Shown piece after piece: positions 20,191 through 32,476 of a stretch of 64,000 nt of DNA. Position 1 is the stretch's first letter; every line of letters starts with the position of its first letter. The notes beneath the pieces are model-generated. The model was not told the origin of the DNA. It worked only from the letters and a program-made list of their open reading frames with translations, and searched no databases. The position numbers and the translations under genes were made by a program. Origin of the DNA: Escherichia phage IME08; sequence record NC_014260.1; one strand, given 5' to 3'.

Positions 20191-21051
20191 ATGATTAAGC
20201 AAACTGGTAAGTTACTAATTGACGTCGGTGAGATTGGTAATGCCAGCACCGGCGACATCTTATATGACGGCGGTGTTAAACTGAACACCGACTTAAACAA
20301 CATCTATAATACTTTTGGTGACCAACGTAAAGCAGCCCTTACAGGTGAAACTACCGGTCAGAAATTACATGCCACTGGATACTATCAAAAATTCGGCGAT
20401 ACTGACCAAGCGGGTTCTGTTGACCTTGGCTCTTTGGTTGATATTGATGCCTCTACAGGTTCTATAGTTTTGACAACTGTAAAAGGAGCTGTGGGTGAAG
20501 GTATTGAAATAATTAACTCTAACGGAAGCATTTCAGCTACTAACTATCTTGAAATCCGTATATTGGATTCATTTTTAAATCACCCTACATCAACCCTAAG
20601 AATAGTAACTCCTTATACTCGAGTTCTGTTGTGGTGTGTAAGTGATATAAACGGTATAGCTGTATGGGATTATTCTATTGAGAGTATGTTTGGTGATAAG
20701 CGAGTACCATTAAATAGAACATATAATATTTCTAACGTACCTAGAGATATCCCAGTGGTTTTTTCAGGCCAATATTCTTTGGTTAAGCTTTTAGTTACGG
20801 CAGTAAATGCCAATGAAACCATTTATAAAGCTTCTGAATATCTTTTGTTTATGGATAACCAAGCTAAAAAAATATATTCTACAGAATACGCTGTTATCCG
20901 TCGTGGTCAGGCCACTGATGAAGACGAAATTTACAAACTCGATTTTAAATTTGATGCAACTAACTATATAGTGGCTACGGCATCATCTGAAATCCCTATG
21001 AGATTGGCAATTAAAGTCGTAGATACCCAAACTATTGGAGTCCCAGTATAA
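20191..21051 (+). CDS. 9: gp9 baseplate wedge / tail-fiber socket
   Basis: 286 aa vs T4 288 aa; position; TATAAATA upstream. Confidence 0.85.
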   Translation: MIKQTGKLLIDVGEIGNASTGDILYDGGVKLNTDLNNIYNTFGDQRKAALTGETTGQKLHATGYYQKFGDTDQAGSVDLGSLVDIDASTGSIVLTTVKGAVGEGIEIINSNGSISATNYLEIRILDSFLNHPTSTLRIVTPYTRVLLWCVSDINGIAVWDYSIESMFGDKRVPLNRTYNISNVPRDIPVVFSGQYSLVKLLVTAVNANETIYKASEYLLFMDNQAKKIYSTEYAVIRRGQATDEDEIYKLDFKFDATNYIVATASSEIPMRLAIKVVDTQTIGVPV

Positions 21052-22862
21052 TGAAACAAGAATTAAAAATCGGCCAGGCCGTTGACGATGGCTCCGGAGA
21101 TTACCTGCGCGCAGGTGGTCTAAAAATCAATAATAACTTTAATGAGTTATATTATCAATTAGGTGATGGAGATAATCCACATGCGGCCGGTGCCTGGAAA
21201 CAATATTCTACTGCAGACGGTCCTTTACTTAATGCCGTTATGGGTCATAGCTACACATTGAATACCCAAGGTGGAAGGATTAACGTTCAACTTCCTAAAG
21301 GCACCCCATCAGAATACAACTTTGTAATTCGTTTACGTGACGTTTATTCTTCTTGGCAAGCTAACCCTGTAACGATTATACCTGCTCCAGGTGATACAAT
21401 TAAAGGTTCTGCTGTACAGGTTGAAATAGCACGTAACTTTGCTGACCTTGAACTTGTTTACTGTGCTCCAGGACGTTGGGAATATGTTGAGAACAAACAA
21501 GTTAACCGTATCCCAAATAACGACCTCGCTACTGTAGCAACTAAACAGTTTATTGCCACTGAAGGTCAAACTGATTTCTTGGATATTTTCCCAGGTCTAA
21601 CCTATAATATTTCAAGTCTTAGCGTTATCCAACGTGGTAACACCTTGTTTTATGGTGTAGACGATATATTTGATGAAGCTACTTCCGAGTTTGGTAGCCC
21701 AGGTGCAAACCCAGGCGAATTGGTTGAATTGAACGGTAAAGATATCCGTTTGAAATATCCTTGTGAAGCTGGTGATACGGTAATTATTAAATCGTATAAC
21801 GATGGATTGGCCCAATGGCGTAGTTCTTATAACCGTCGTGATATTACCATTTTAGATAAAACCTTGACCCATGAAACCACAGTTAATGGTTCTAAAGTAG
21901 TATTAGACCTTTCTACCGTACAGACTATTACATCAGCAGAATTAAACGTTTCTCCTACAAGCCCTATTAACCCTAATGCTTGTCAGGTAATGCTTAACAG
22001 TACTTTATTGCACCAAGCTGGTACTGCCGGATTCCCTGCTTTCTATTGTGAAGGTGTTGATACGGATGATGCAGGCCTTTGTGCAGATTCAGGTGGTGTA
22101 TGGACCCAATCCAAATCTGATTATATTTTGAATATAGCAGATGATGACAAAATCGAGTCATTTGAATTTGGACGTAAACTGGAACATGGCGATATCCTTA
22201 CTGTAATTTGGTATAATAACGATATCGGTACCACTATGACTATTGATGAGATTTTAGATACAACAAACGATATCTATATTTCTCAAGGTCCTTCGGTATC
22301 TTTGACTGGCCAGGTTCGTATTACTGATGTGGATAATCCATTTTCTCCTAACTTTGAACCTGTAGCAGAATCTGAAGTTTCTATTAATACGGCCGCAGTG
22401 ATGTTTGATTTGTTCCACCCTATTGGAACCATTTATGAGAACACAGTGAACCCTAATAACCCTGCAACTTATATGGGTATGGGTAGTTGGAAACGATTGT
22501 CAGATAGTTTCCTTGTAGGTTGGTCTCCGGATGCCGATTCATTGTTCAATGCAAACAATAATGATTTAGATTCTTCTGGTATTCCTAAATCCACTGCCGG
22601 CGGAACAGGTGGTTCTCATAATATTTCCATTAAATATGAAAACGTTCCTGAACTTAATACAGATGACAAGGTATTAGTTGCTGATGATAACGGTCCTATT
22701 GTTATTGGTGGATGTTTGGTAGACCCGGATGCCCAAGGCCCTGCTTATACAAAATATCGTGAAGATAAAGCTACGATAAACAAGCAGCAATCTACAACGC
22801 CTATTCCTATTGATACTTTGCCTCCATATACAACCGTTTATCGCTGGGTGAGGATTGCGTAA
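21051..22862 (+). CDS. 10: gp10 baseplate wedge protein
   Basis: 603 aa vs T4 602 aa; position. Confidence 0.85.
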   Translation: MKQELKIGQAVDDGSGDYLRAGGLKINNNFNELYYQLGDGDNPHAAGAWKQYSTADGPLLNAVMGHSYTLNTQGGRINVQLPKGTPSEYNFVIRLRDVYSSWQANPVTIIPAPGDTIKGSAVQVEIARNFADLELVYCAPGRWEYVENKQVNRIPNNDLATVATKQFIATEGQTDFLDIFPGLTYNISSLSVIQRGNTLFYGVDDIFDEATSEFGSPGANPGELVELNGKDIRLKYPCEAGDTVIIKSYNDGLAQWRSSYNRRDITILDKTLTHETTVNGSKVVLDLSTVQTITSAELNVSPTSPINPNACQVMLNSTLLHQAGTAGFPAFYCEGVDTDDAGLCADSGGVWTQSKSDYILNIADDDKIESFEFGRKLEHGDILTVIWYNNDIGTTMTIDEILDTTNDIYISQGPSVSLTGQVRITDVDNPFSPNFEPVAESEVSINTAAVMFDLFHPIGTIYENTVNPNNPATYMGMGSWKRLSDSFLVGWSPDADSLFNANNNDLDSSGIPKSTAGGTGGSHNISIKYENVPELNTDDKVLVADDNGPIVIGGCLVDPDAQGPAYTKYREDKATINKQQSTTPIPIDTLPPYTTVYRWVRIA

Positions 22863-23527
22863 TGACTTTAACAGAAATGAAAAGCGGGTTAAAATCCCGC
22901 CTTGCTGACTTTTTAGAATTTTCTTTTACAACTAATCAACCTGCCGCAGTGGCAGGTCAACGTCCTATTGGCGGTCCATCGGCAAACCAAACCCAAAAAG
23001 GTGTTTATTACCCTACAGTCCAAAGTGCTATTGATGATATTGCTTTCCGTGCAGAACTTCCTGTTAATGCGGTGGTAACTACTACTGAAAACAGGGCACC
23101 TGGTTTTATTCAACAATCGGATAAATTAACTTTCTCTGGCTCCATTTCTTCTGGTGGCGAATTAGGCGATACGGTTATTATTAAGGTGTTCGGTTTGCCT
23201 GTTGAAGTTATTGTAGGCGATTCTTCGGTCCTGGTTGCTTCTAAAGTTAATGATGTTTTTATAAGCGCTATTGCCGATAGTTATATTTTGGCAGAAACGT
23301 CTATTGACCCTCTAGACCAATCTACTTTAAACATTAAATATAACGACTACCAAAACCATATTTTTGAGCCATTTAAACAAGCAGGATGCACCATTTCTCA
23401 GACTATAGTTCAAGAGCCTCGTGCAGGTTATGGATACTGGGAATATTTGGGTTCTACTACAGAATCTATGACAGGTGGAACCGTAAATGGAACAACAACC
23501 TTATATCACTATAAGCGAGTAAGTTAA
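22862..23527 (+). CDS. 11: gp11 baseplate wedge / short tail fiber connector
   Basis: 221 aa vs T4 219 aa; position. Confidence 0.85.
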   Translation: MTLTEMKSGLKSRLADFLEFSFTTNQPAAVAGQRPIGGPSANQTQKGVYYPTVQSAIDDIAFRAELPVNAVVTTTENRAPGFIQQSDKLTFSGSISSGGELGDTVIIKVFGLPVEVIVGDSSVLVASKVNDVFISAIADSYILAETSIDPLDQSTLNIKYNDYQNHIFEPFKQAGCTISQTIVQEPRAGYGYWEYLGSTTESMTGGTVNGTTTLYHYKRVS

Positions 23528-25059
23528 TGTCTACAAATACACTAAAACACATAAGTGATAAATCAGAATTTAAAACATTCGACCCTACCGGGTCGAATTT
23601 TGACCCCTCTATTACTAATGTCCAAGACGCATTGGCGTCTATTTCCGCTATAGGTGTTACAGGTAATATACCTTCGGCTTCTGAAACAGAACAGGGTATT
23701 ATTAGATTAGCGACCCAACAAGAAGTTATTGATGGTACTGATACTTTCTCTGCGGTAACTCCGGCCACTTTAAAAGGTCGTTTAGATATTCCTACTCAAG
23801 CAACAGAAACTTATGTAGGCATCACCCGTTATGCCACTAATGATGAAGCCATTGCTGGAACAGAAACCCAGGCTGCAATCGTAGCATCGTCTTTGAAAGC
23901 TACTATAGATTATACATTCACCAATCGTTTAGCCACAGAGAACACTACAGGCGTACTCAAGATTTCAACCCTGCCGGCTGCTCTAGCAGGTACAGATGAT
24001 ACAACAGCAATGACGCCTCTGAAAACTGCTCAGGCAATTGGTGCGGCTACATCGGCATTACCGACTTATGCCAGCGCTACCCAAACTGTTGAAGGTATTG
24101 TTAGAATCGCAACAAATGCCGAAGTGGCAAATGGTACATTGACCAATGGTGTGGCAATTTCTCCTTCCGGGTTAAAATCTTTAACTTCTACCCAAGGGCG
24201 AGCAGGTATTATTAGATTAGCCACCCCGCAAGAAGCTTCTGCCGGCAGCGATTCTAATATAGCTTTATCTCCTTCAACTCTTCTTTCTCGTACTGGTACT
24301 ACTGGAAGGTTGGGTGTTGTTAAATTATCGACTACGGTTGGTTCTGGTGATGGGAATACGGCATTGGCATATAATGCTAACGTTATTTCTACCACAGGCG
24401 GCACCATTAACGGTACTTTAAACGTTAATGGTAATTTGCGTCGCAATGGGCGTGATGTTGTTACTATCGACCAATTAAAAGATTCTGTCCCTATCGGTAC
24501 TATTGTTATGTGGGGAGGCCAGATTAATAATATCCCTGCAGGTTGGGCTGTTTGTGATGGTGGTAACTCTGGTGAACAAGGATTCCGAAATGTAGTTGGT
24601 AGTAAATGGGGTTCAACTGGTGCTCGTCCCGACTTCCGTGGATTATATCCGCGTGGAGCAAACCAGACTAATGACGGCGGATTAAGAGAATGGGATGCCA
24701 ACGTTAGAATTAGAGATGCCAAAGGTAATGATGCCAAAGGTAAACCAAGATTAGGCGTAGGCTGTGGTTCATATGGCCATGGTACAGTACAAGCCCAGCA
24801 ACTTCGTTTCCATAAACACGCTGGCGGCTTTGGTGAACACGACAATGCGGGTGCATTTGGTAATACCGTTCGTTCTAACTTTGCTGGTACTCGTAAAGGA
24901 CTGGACTGGGATAACCGTTCTTACTTTACAAACGAAGGATACGAAATTGATGGTTCAGGTTCACGAGATTCAAGAACTACCCTAAACAGTGAAGGGTTAA
25001 TTGGTAACGAAAACCGTCCTTGGACTATGTCCATCCTATTCATTATTAAAGTTGCTTAA
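23527..25059 (+). CDS. 12: gp12 short tail fiber
   Basis: 510 aa; position. Confidence 0.8.
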   Translation: MSTNTLKHISDKSEFKTFDPTGSNFDPSITNVQDALASISAIGVTGNIPSASETEQGIIRLATQQEVIDGTDTFSAVTPATLKGRLDIPTQATETYVGITRYATNDEAIAGTETQAAIVASSLKATIDYTFTNRLATENTTGVLKISTLPAALAGTDDTTAMTPLKTAQAIGAATSALPTYASATQTVEGIVRIATNAEVANGTLTNGVAISPSGLKSLTSTQGRAGIIRLATPQEASAGSDSNIALSPSTLLSRTGTTGRLGVVKLSTTVGSGDGNTALAYNANVISTTGGTINGTLNVNGNLRRNGRDVVTIDQLKDSVPIGTIVMWGGQINNIPAGWAVCDGGNSGEQGFRNVVGSKWGSTGARPDFRGLYPRGANQTNDGGLREWDANVRIRDAKGNDAKGKPRLGVGCGSYGHGTVQAQQLRFHKHAGGFGEHDNAGAFGNTVRSNFAGTRKGLDWDNRSYFTNEGYEIDGSGSRDSRTTLNSEGLIGNENRPWTMSILFIIKVA

Positions 25060-25069
25060 GGAAATAAAA

Positions 25070-27469
25070 ATGATTGACAAACTGAGTATTAAAGAACTTC
25101 CGTTTGTCGATGGTGTACCTGATGCATCCCAAGAGCGTATCCGTTGGATACGCAATGGAGAATGTATTGAAGGAGCCACGACTAAATACGGTCACGACGG
25201 TAATTTGAACGCCCCTGCTTTAGGAGTACAAACCAACGTAGTTAGATTAGAAGAAAACAGTATAGCTTCTAAAGACAAAATTAACGAGCTTGTGGATAAC
25301 GTTAATTTGATTAATGAAGCCCTAGATATTTCTACTGATACGGCGGTTATTCAGCAAATTGAAAAGAACCGTGTCGATATACTGGCTGTGGATGAAAAGG
25401 CTTCCGAAACTAAACAAGAATTAGGTGACTTAACCGTTAATTTTAATTTTTTAGAAGAAGATGTAGGTTATTATGGCCCGTCTTTAGATGGCCCATATCT
25501 CACCGTCAGAGAAAATATAAATCTTCTTAAATCTGAAATTGGTCACTATGCAAACCAGGACATAAACAGCCAGCCGCTTCCTCCAGGTGAAACCTCTGAA
25601 GCCACCGGCATGAAACGTCGCATTATGGATAATACCAGTGCTATTGTCGACCATTCACAACGTATAGATACCCTTGAAAAGAATTACGAAGATTCTGATG
25701 TAGGGCAACTTGGGCTTAAGATTAACGAAATTCGTGAAGAACTCGGTCCACATATTGATACAGTAGGTAAACAACCAGCATATACCAGGATTTCTGCTCT
25801 TGAAACTGCTGCTGAAAGCTTTAATGAATCAATAGATTCCATCAAGACCAGTATAGGTTTTGATAAAGGCTCTATTGATACAAGAGTAAGCACGCTGGAA
25901 ACTAAAACTTCCACTTTAGAAAACACGGTTAATAACGGTTTGGTTCCTAGAGTTACTGCGGTAGAGACCGCTATCGGTACTGCGGATACCCCTACTTCTA
26001 TTAACGGTAGATTAGGTGGCTTACGTACTGATGTTAATGAGCTAAAAAATATAGTTGGTGATAGTTCGTCTGAAGGGCTTCGTTTCCAGGTTTCTGATAT
26101 TGACCGTAAAATTGGTGCTGATGTAAGTCCGGCGGCAGGAACAATTAATAAACGTTTGAATGACCTTACAACTCAAGGTAATACTTCAGCCTCTACTATT
26201 CAGGACCTGCAGGCAGAGATTGGTAATAACCAAACAGGTATTAAGGGTTCTATTCTTAAAATTACCAACCAGATTGAAGGAACCAACCCTAACGGTAGTA
26301 CTGTAGAAGAACGAGGGTTAATAAACTCTGTTAAAGGCCTTGAAGCCCAAATGCCTACTAAATTGGGTGAAGCTCCTGCTGATGGTAAATTGTATGGGCG
26401 TAAGGATTCAGCTTGGTCTGAAATTATTGACGGCACCACAGAAATTGATGCAGTCAAAGCTTCTTTATTGGTTACAGACGGTAAAGTATCAGCTTTAACG
26501 GCAAGAGTCGATTCCAATGACACTTCAATTTCTTCTCTTGATACACGTACCGGAGCTTTAAACACTTCAGTAGGAGAAATTAAAGCCGATATCGTTTTGT
26601 TAAAATCTAAAGACACCGAGCAAGATAGTCGTATCACAGCTTTAGAAGAAAGTGATGTTACCGTTAATGGAAAAATAACGGCACTTGAATCTAAAACCGA
26701 TACCACTGATTCTGATGTTACTGCTTTGGCCTTAGATGTGAGTTCTATAGAATCGCAATTAACTCCTATTAAAGCTGATATAACTAAGAACAAAGGCGAT
26801 ATCGTTACTTTAACCGGACGAGTAGCTGCTAATGAAGGTGAAATTACCGATATTAAATTGGACACCGCTAAAATAGCTCCTTTAACCACCAGAGTCACTA
26901 CTGCTGAAGGTAAAATTGCCACCTTAGAAACCGGTTTAGCTGCTGTTAAAGTTGAATCTGATAAAGTTGCAGGAATTAATACCCGTTTAGGTACAGCTGA
27001 AGGTAAAATTACCACCTTAGAAACCGGTTTGGACGATGTTAAAGTTGAATCCGATAAAGTTGCAGGGATCGATACCCGTTTAGGTGTTGTTGAAGTTGAA
27101 TCTGGTAAAGTGGCTGGAATCAATACCCGCTTAGGCGTTGTTGAAGGTGAAGTTAGTACTCTTGAAACCGGGTTGGCAGCAGTTAAAGTTGAATCCGATA
27201 AAGTTGCAGGAATCAATACCCGTTTAGGTACGGTAGAAGGTAAAGTTGGTACTCTTGAAACAGGTTTAGCGGCGGTTAAAGTTGAATCTGATAAAGTTGC
27301 TGATTTAGGAACCCGTTTAACTGCGGCTGAAGGTAAAATCACTGCACTAGAAACTGAGTTGGCTAAACGCCCTCCTGTTGCTCCTGCAGCTGATGGACTT
27401 CCGTATGTTCTGGTTGATAATGCATGGGTTCTATTGTCAGATTTTGTGACTTTAAACTCAGCACCATAA
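25070..27469 (+). CDS. wac: fibritin (whiskers), expanded coiled coil
   Basis: N-terminus LPFVDG.P...RI.WI.NGE and C-terminal foldon-like tail match T4 wac; start moved to ATG 25070. Confidence 0.9.
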   Translation: MIDKLSIKELPFVDGVPDASQERIRWIRNGECIEGATTKYGHDGNLNAPALGVQTNVVRLEENSIASKDKINELVDNVNLINEALDISTDTAVIQQIEKNRVDILAVDEKASETKQELGDLTVNFNFLEEDVGYYGPSLDGPYLTVRENINLLKSEIGHYANQDINSQPLPPGETSEATGMKRRIMDNTSAIVDHSQRIDTLEKNYEDSDVGQLGLKINEIREELGPHIDTVGKQPAYTRISALETAAESFNESIDSIKTSIGFDKGSIDTRVSTLETKTSTLENTVNNGLVPRVTAVETAIGTADTPTSINGRLGGLRTDVNELKNIVGDSSSEGLRFQVSDIDRKIGADVSPAAGTINKRLNDLTTQGNTSASTIQDLQAEIGNNQTGIKGSILKITNQIEGTNPNGSTVEERGLINSVKGLEAQMPTKLGEAPADGKLYGRKDSAWSEIIDGTTEIDAVKASLLVTDGKVSALTARVDSNDTSISSLDTRTGALNTSVGEIKADIVLLKSKDTEQDSRITALEESDVTVNGKITALESKTDTTDSDVTALALDVSSIESQLTPIKADITKNKGDIVTLTGRVAANEGEITDIKLDTAKIAPLTTRVTTAEGKIATLETGLAAVKVESDKVAGINTRLGTAEGKITTLETGLDDVKVESDKVAGIDTRLGVVEVESGKVAGINTRLGVVEGEVSTLETGLAAVKVESDKVAGINTRLGTVEGKVGTLETGLAAVKVESDKVADLGTRLTAAEGKITALETELAKRPPVAPAADGLPYVLVDNAWVLLSDFVTLNSAP
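26903..27360 (+). repeat. intragenic tandem repeat in wac, period about 93 bp (31 aa), about 5 copies
   Basis: Repeated unit AEGKI.TLETGLAAVKVESDKVAGINTRLGT read on DNA and protein. Confidence 0.8.
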
Positions 27470-27470
27470 T

Positions 27471-27493
27471 AAAAGGGCTTCGGCCCTTTTTTG
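27471..27493 (+). terminator. rho-independent terminator after wac (GGGC-UUCG-GCCC + U6)
   Basis: Read on DNA. Confidence 0.8.
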
Positions 27494-27494
27494 C

Positions 27495-27502
27495 TATAAA
27501 TA
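27495..27502 (+). promoter_or_regulatory. late promoter TATAAATA (gene 13)
   Basis: Exact octamer just after wac terminator. Confidence 0.6.
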
Positions 27503-27523
27503 CGGTTATTAGAGGAATAAAAT

Positions 27524-28456
27524 ATGGCAAGTGAATCATTTAACCCTAAGCAACTCAAGGACGCTATTCTGCGCCGCCTGGGTGCGCCAATTACAAATAT
27601 TGAAGTAACTACAGACCAAGTATACGATTGCATCCAGCGGGCCCTAGAGCTCTACGGTGAGTATCATTATAACGGGTATAACAAAGGTTATCAGGCTTTT
27701 TATATCGGTCATGGCGATGAAGAAAAATTCCGTAATGGAGTATTTGACCTTAAAGGCCGTAATATATTTGCAGTGACACAAATTTTGAGAACCAATGTAG
27801 GTTCTTTAACATCTATGGATGGGCAAGCAACTTATCCGTGGTTTACTGATTTTGTATTAGGCTTAGCAGGTATTAATGGCGGGTTAGGGTCTTCGTGTAA
27901 CAGTTTTGGACCTAATGCCTTCGGTGCTGACCTTGGTTATTTTACCCAGTTAATGCAATATCGTTCTATGATGCAGGACCTTTTGGTTCCACTACCTGAT
28001 TATTGGTATAACGACGCCACCGAACAGTTGAAGGTAATGGGTAACTTTGTTAAAGGCGATTTTATTGTAATTGAAGTTTATACTCACTCTTTTAATGGGG
28101 TCGATTCTATGGTAGGAAATACTGTAGGATATGGTTATGCTTCAGCTTGCGGTGAAGATGCATGGAGCCCGGGTGCTGTTTGGGATAACCCATCACGTCG
28201 TATTTCTGGTATGCGTGTAGGTGAGGACCTAGGTCTTCAAGATGGTGCATATAATAACCGTTGGGTTAAAGATTATGCCACTGCATTGGTTAAAGAAGTC
28301 AATGGTAATATTTTAGCCAAACACCAAGGCATGCAACTTGCAGGTGGAACCACCGTAGATGGTATTCGATTGATTGAAGAGGCTCGTTTAGAAAAAGAAC
28401 GTCTTCGTGAAGAATTAGATTTACTCGACCCACCAACACCTATTTTAATTGGATAA
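27524..28456 (+). CDS. 13: gp13 neck protein
   Basis: 310 aa vs T4 309 aa; position; TATAAATA upstream. Confidence 0.85.
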   Translation: MASESFNPKQLKDAILRRLGAPITNIEVTTDQVYDCIQRALELYGEYHYNGYNKGYQAFYIGHGDEEKFRNGVFDLKGRNIFAVTQILRTNVGSLTSMDGQATYPWFTDFVLGLAGINGGLGSSCNSFGPNAFGADLGYFTQLMQYRSMMQDLLVPLPDYWYNDATEQLKVMGNFVKGDFIVIEVYTHSFNGVDSMVGNTVGYGYASACGEDAWSPGAVWDNPSRRISGMRVGEDLGLQDGAYNNRWVKDYATALVKEVNGNILAKHQGMQLAGGTTVDGIRLIEEARLEKERLREELDLLDPPTPILIG

Positions 28457-28458
28457 TT

Positions 28459-29232
28459 ATGGCTACTTTCGATTCGAGTTTATTCGCTAAGCTGGAAGAT
28501 AATACTGGCTATGCTAATACGAACGAAACTGAAATAATGAACCCTTTCGTCAACTTTTACAAGCATGAGAATACCCAAACATTGGCTGATGCTTTAGTTG
28601 CTGAGTCTATTCAAATGCGTGGTATTGAGCTTTATTATATACCACGCGAATACGTTAAACCTGACCAGCTATTTGGCGAAGACCTTCAGAACAAATTTAC
28701 TAAAGCCTGGAAATTCGCAGGTTATTTGGATTCCTTTGAAGGTTATTCCGGTGACAATACTTATTTCAGTAAGTTCGGTATGATGGTTAATGATGAAGTA
28801 ACAATCACAATTAACCCTAACCTTTTTAAACACCAATGCAATGGCACTGAACCTGTTTCAGGTGACTTGATTTATTTCCCAATGGACAATAGCCTATTCG
28901 AAATTAACTGGGTACAACCTTACGACCCGTTCTATCAAGTAGGTGCTAACGTCCAGCGTCGAATCACTGCTACCAAGTTCATTTACAACGGTGAAGAACT
29001 TCGTCCTGAATTACAGAGAAATGAAGGTATTAATATTCCTGAATTCAGTGAGCTTGATTTAATGCCTGTTAAGAATATCGACGGGTTGGCTGATATCTCT
29101 GACATTCAATACGAAGAGGTCAATGAGATTAATGCCGAAGCTGCAGAATTCGTACACCCTTATGTTGTAATTAATGGACGAGGAGAAGATGCTCCTCCTA
29201 CAGCATTTGATGATGCTTTTTTAGATGATTAA
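28459..29232 (+). CDS. 14: gp14 neck protein
   Basis: 257 aa vs T4 256 aa; position. Confidence 0.85.
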   Translation: MATFDSSLFAKLEDNTGYANTNETEIMNPFVNFYKHENTQTLADALVAESIQMRGIELYYIPREYVKPDQLFGEDLQNKFTKAWKFAGYLDSFEGYSGDNTYFSKFGMMVNDEVTITINPNLFKHQCNGTEPVSGDLIYFPMDNSLFEINWVQPYDPFYQVGANVQRRITATKFIYNGEELRPELQRNEGINIPEFSELDLMPVKNIDGLADISDIQYEEVNEINAEAAEFVHPYVVINGRGEDAPPTAFDDAFLDD

Positions 29233-29239
29233 ATAATAC

Positions 29240-29258
29240 ATGGCGCATGGTGCGCCAT
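29240..29258 (+). terminator. stem-loop between genes 14 and 15
   Basis: 8-bp stem atggcgca/tgcgccat just upstream of gp15 SD. Confidence 0.4.
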
Positions 29259-29270
29259 TTAGGAGGTTTG

Positions 29271-30133
29271 ATGTTTGGACATTGGTATAATAGTTCGCTA
29301 CGTCGCTATATTGTTTTGATGGGTGATTTATTTTCCCATGTTCAAGTAGCACGTCAAAGAGAAGATACAGGGCTTAAATTTATTAAAGTTCCTATTACGT
29401 ATGCTTCTAAAGAAAGATTTATGGCAAATTTGGGTAAATGGACTGCTGTTCAAAATATTCCAAACCCTAATATGTCTCCTAAAGAACGAGCTGAACAAAA
29501 GGCTAAAGTGGAAACAGTTCTTCCACGTATGAACCTTCAAATGGTTGATATGCTTTATAACTCACAATACAAAACAGCTCTTCAGAACAGAACACAAATT
29601 CAATTTGAGAATGGTGACCCTAGAAAACGAGTTAGCCAATATTCTCCTACTCCGGTTAAAATGATTTTCGAACTGGGTATTTACACTAGAACCCAAGATG
29701 ATATGTTCCAAATTGTGGAACAGATTATGCCTTATTTCCAACCTCACTTTAATACAACAATCACTGAACTCTATACAAACGAGATTAAATTCGACCGAGA
29801 TATTCGTATTGTGTTTCAGTCTATTGCTATGGATGAACAACTTGAAGGCGATACCGCTTCACGTCGTCGTTTAGAATGGTCTATGATGTTTGAGGTTAAC
29901 GGATGGTTATATCCTCCGGTGAAAGAAATGGAAGGCGAAATTAAAACCATTTATCTTGATTTCTTTGCTAACTCAAAGGAACTCGCTCCTGAAGGTAATT
30001 TCGAATCGGTTGATAGCGAAGTGGTTCCGAGAGGTGTAGAACAAACAGAATGGGATGGAAGTTCCGTTCAAACATATTCACAAGATATTCCAGTGCCTGT
30101 CGAGCCAGCGCCTCCAGCACCAAGGAGAAACCC

Positions 30134-30137
<4 letters not shown>
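29271..30137 (+). CDS. 15: gp15 tail sheath stabiliser / tail terminator
   Basis: MFG..YNSS.RRY..LMGDLFS matches T4 gp15; ATG 29271 with SD aggagg. Confidence 0.9.
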
Positions 30138-32447
<2,310 letters not shown>

Positions 32448-32476
32448 ACAATAAAGCATAACCAAGAGGATTCAAA

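Noticed and set aside
24066-24845. 259-aa minus-strand ORF antisense to gene 12
   Set aside because: Antisense to short tail fiber gene; Pro-rich low-complexity translation; no promoter or RBS.
26200-27633. 477-aa minus-strand ORF antisense to wac
   Set aside because: Product of the repetitive coiled-coil coding sequence read backwards (Ser/Thr/Pro-rich); no RBS; overlaps a confident gene.
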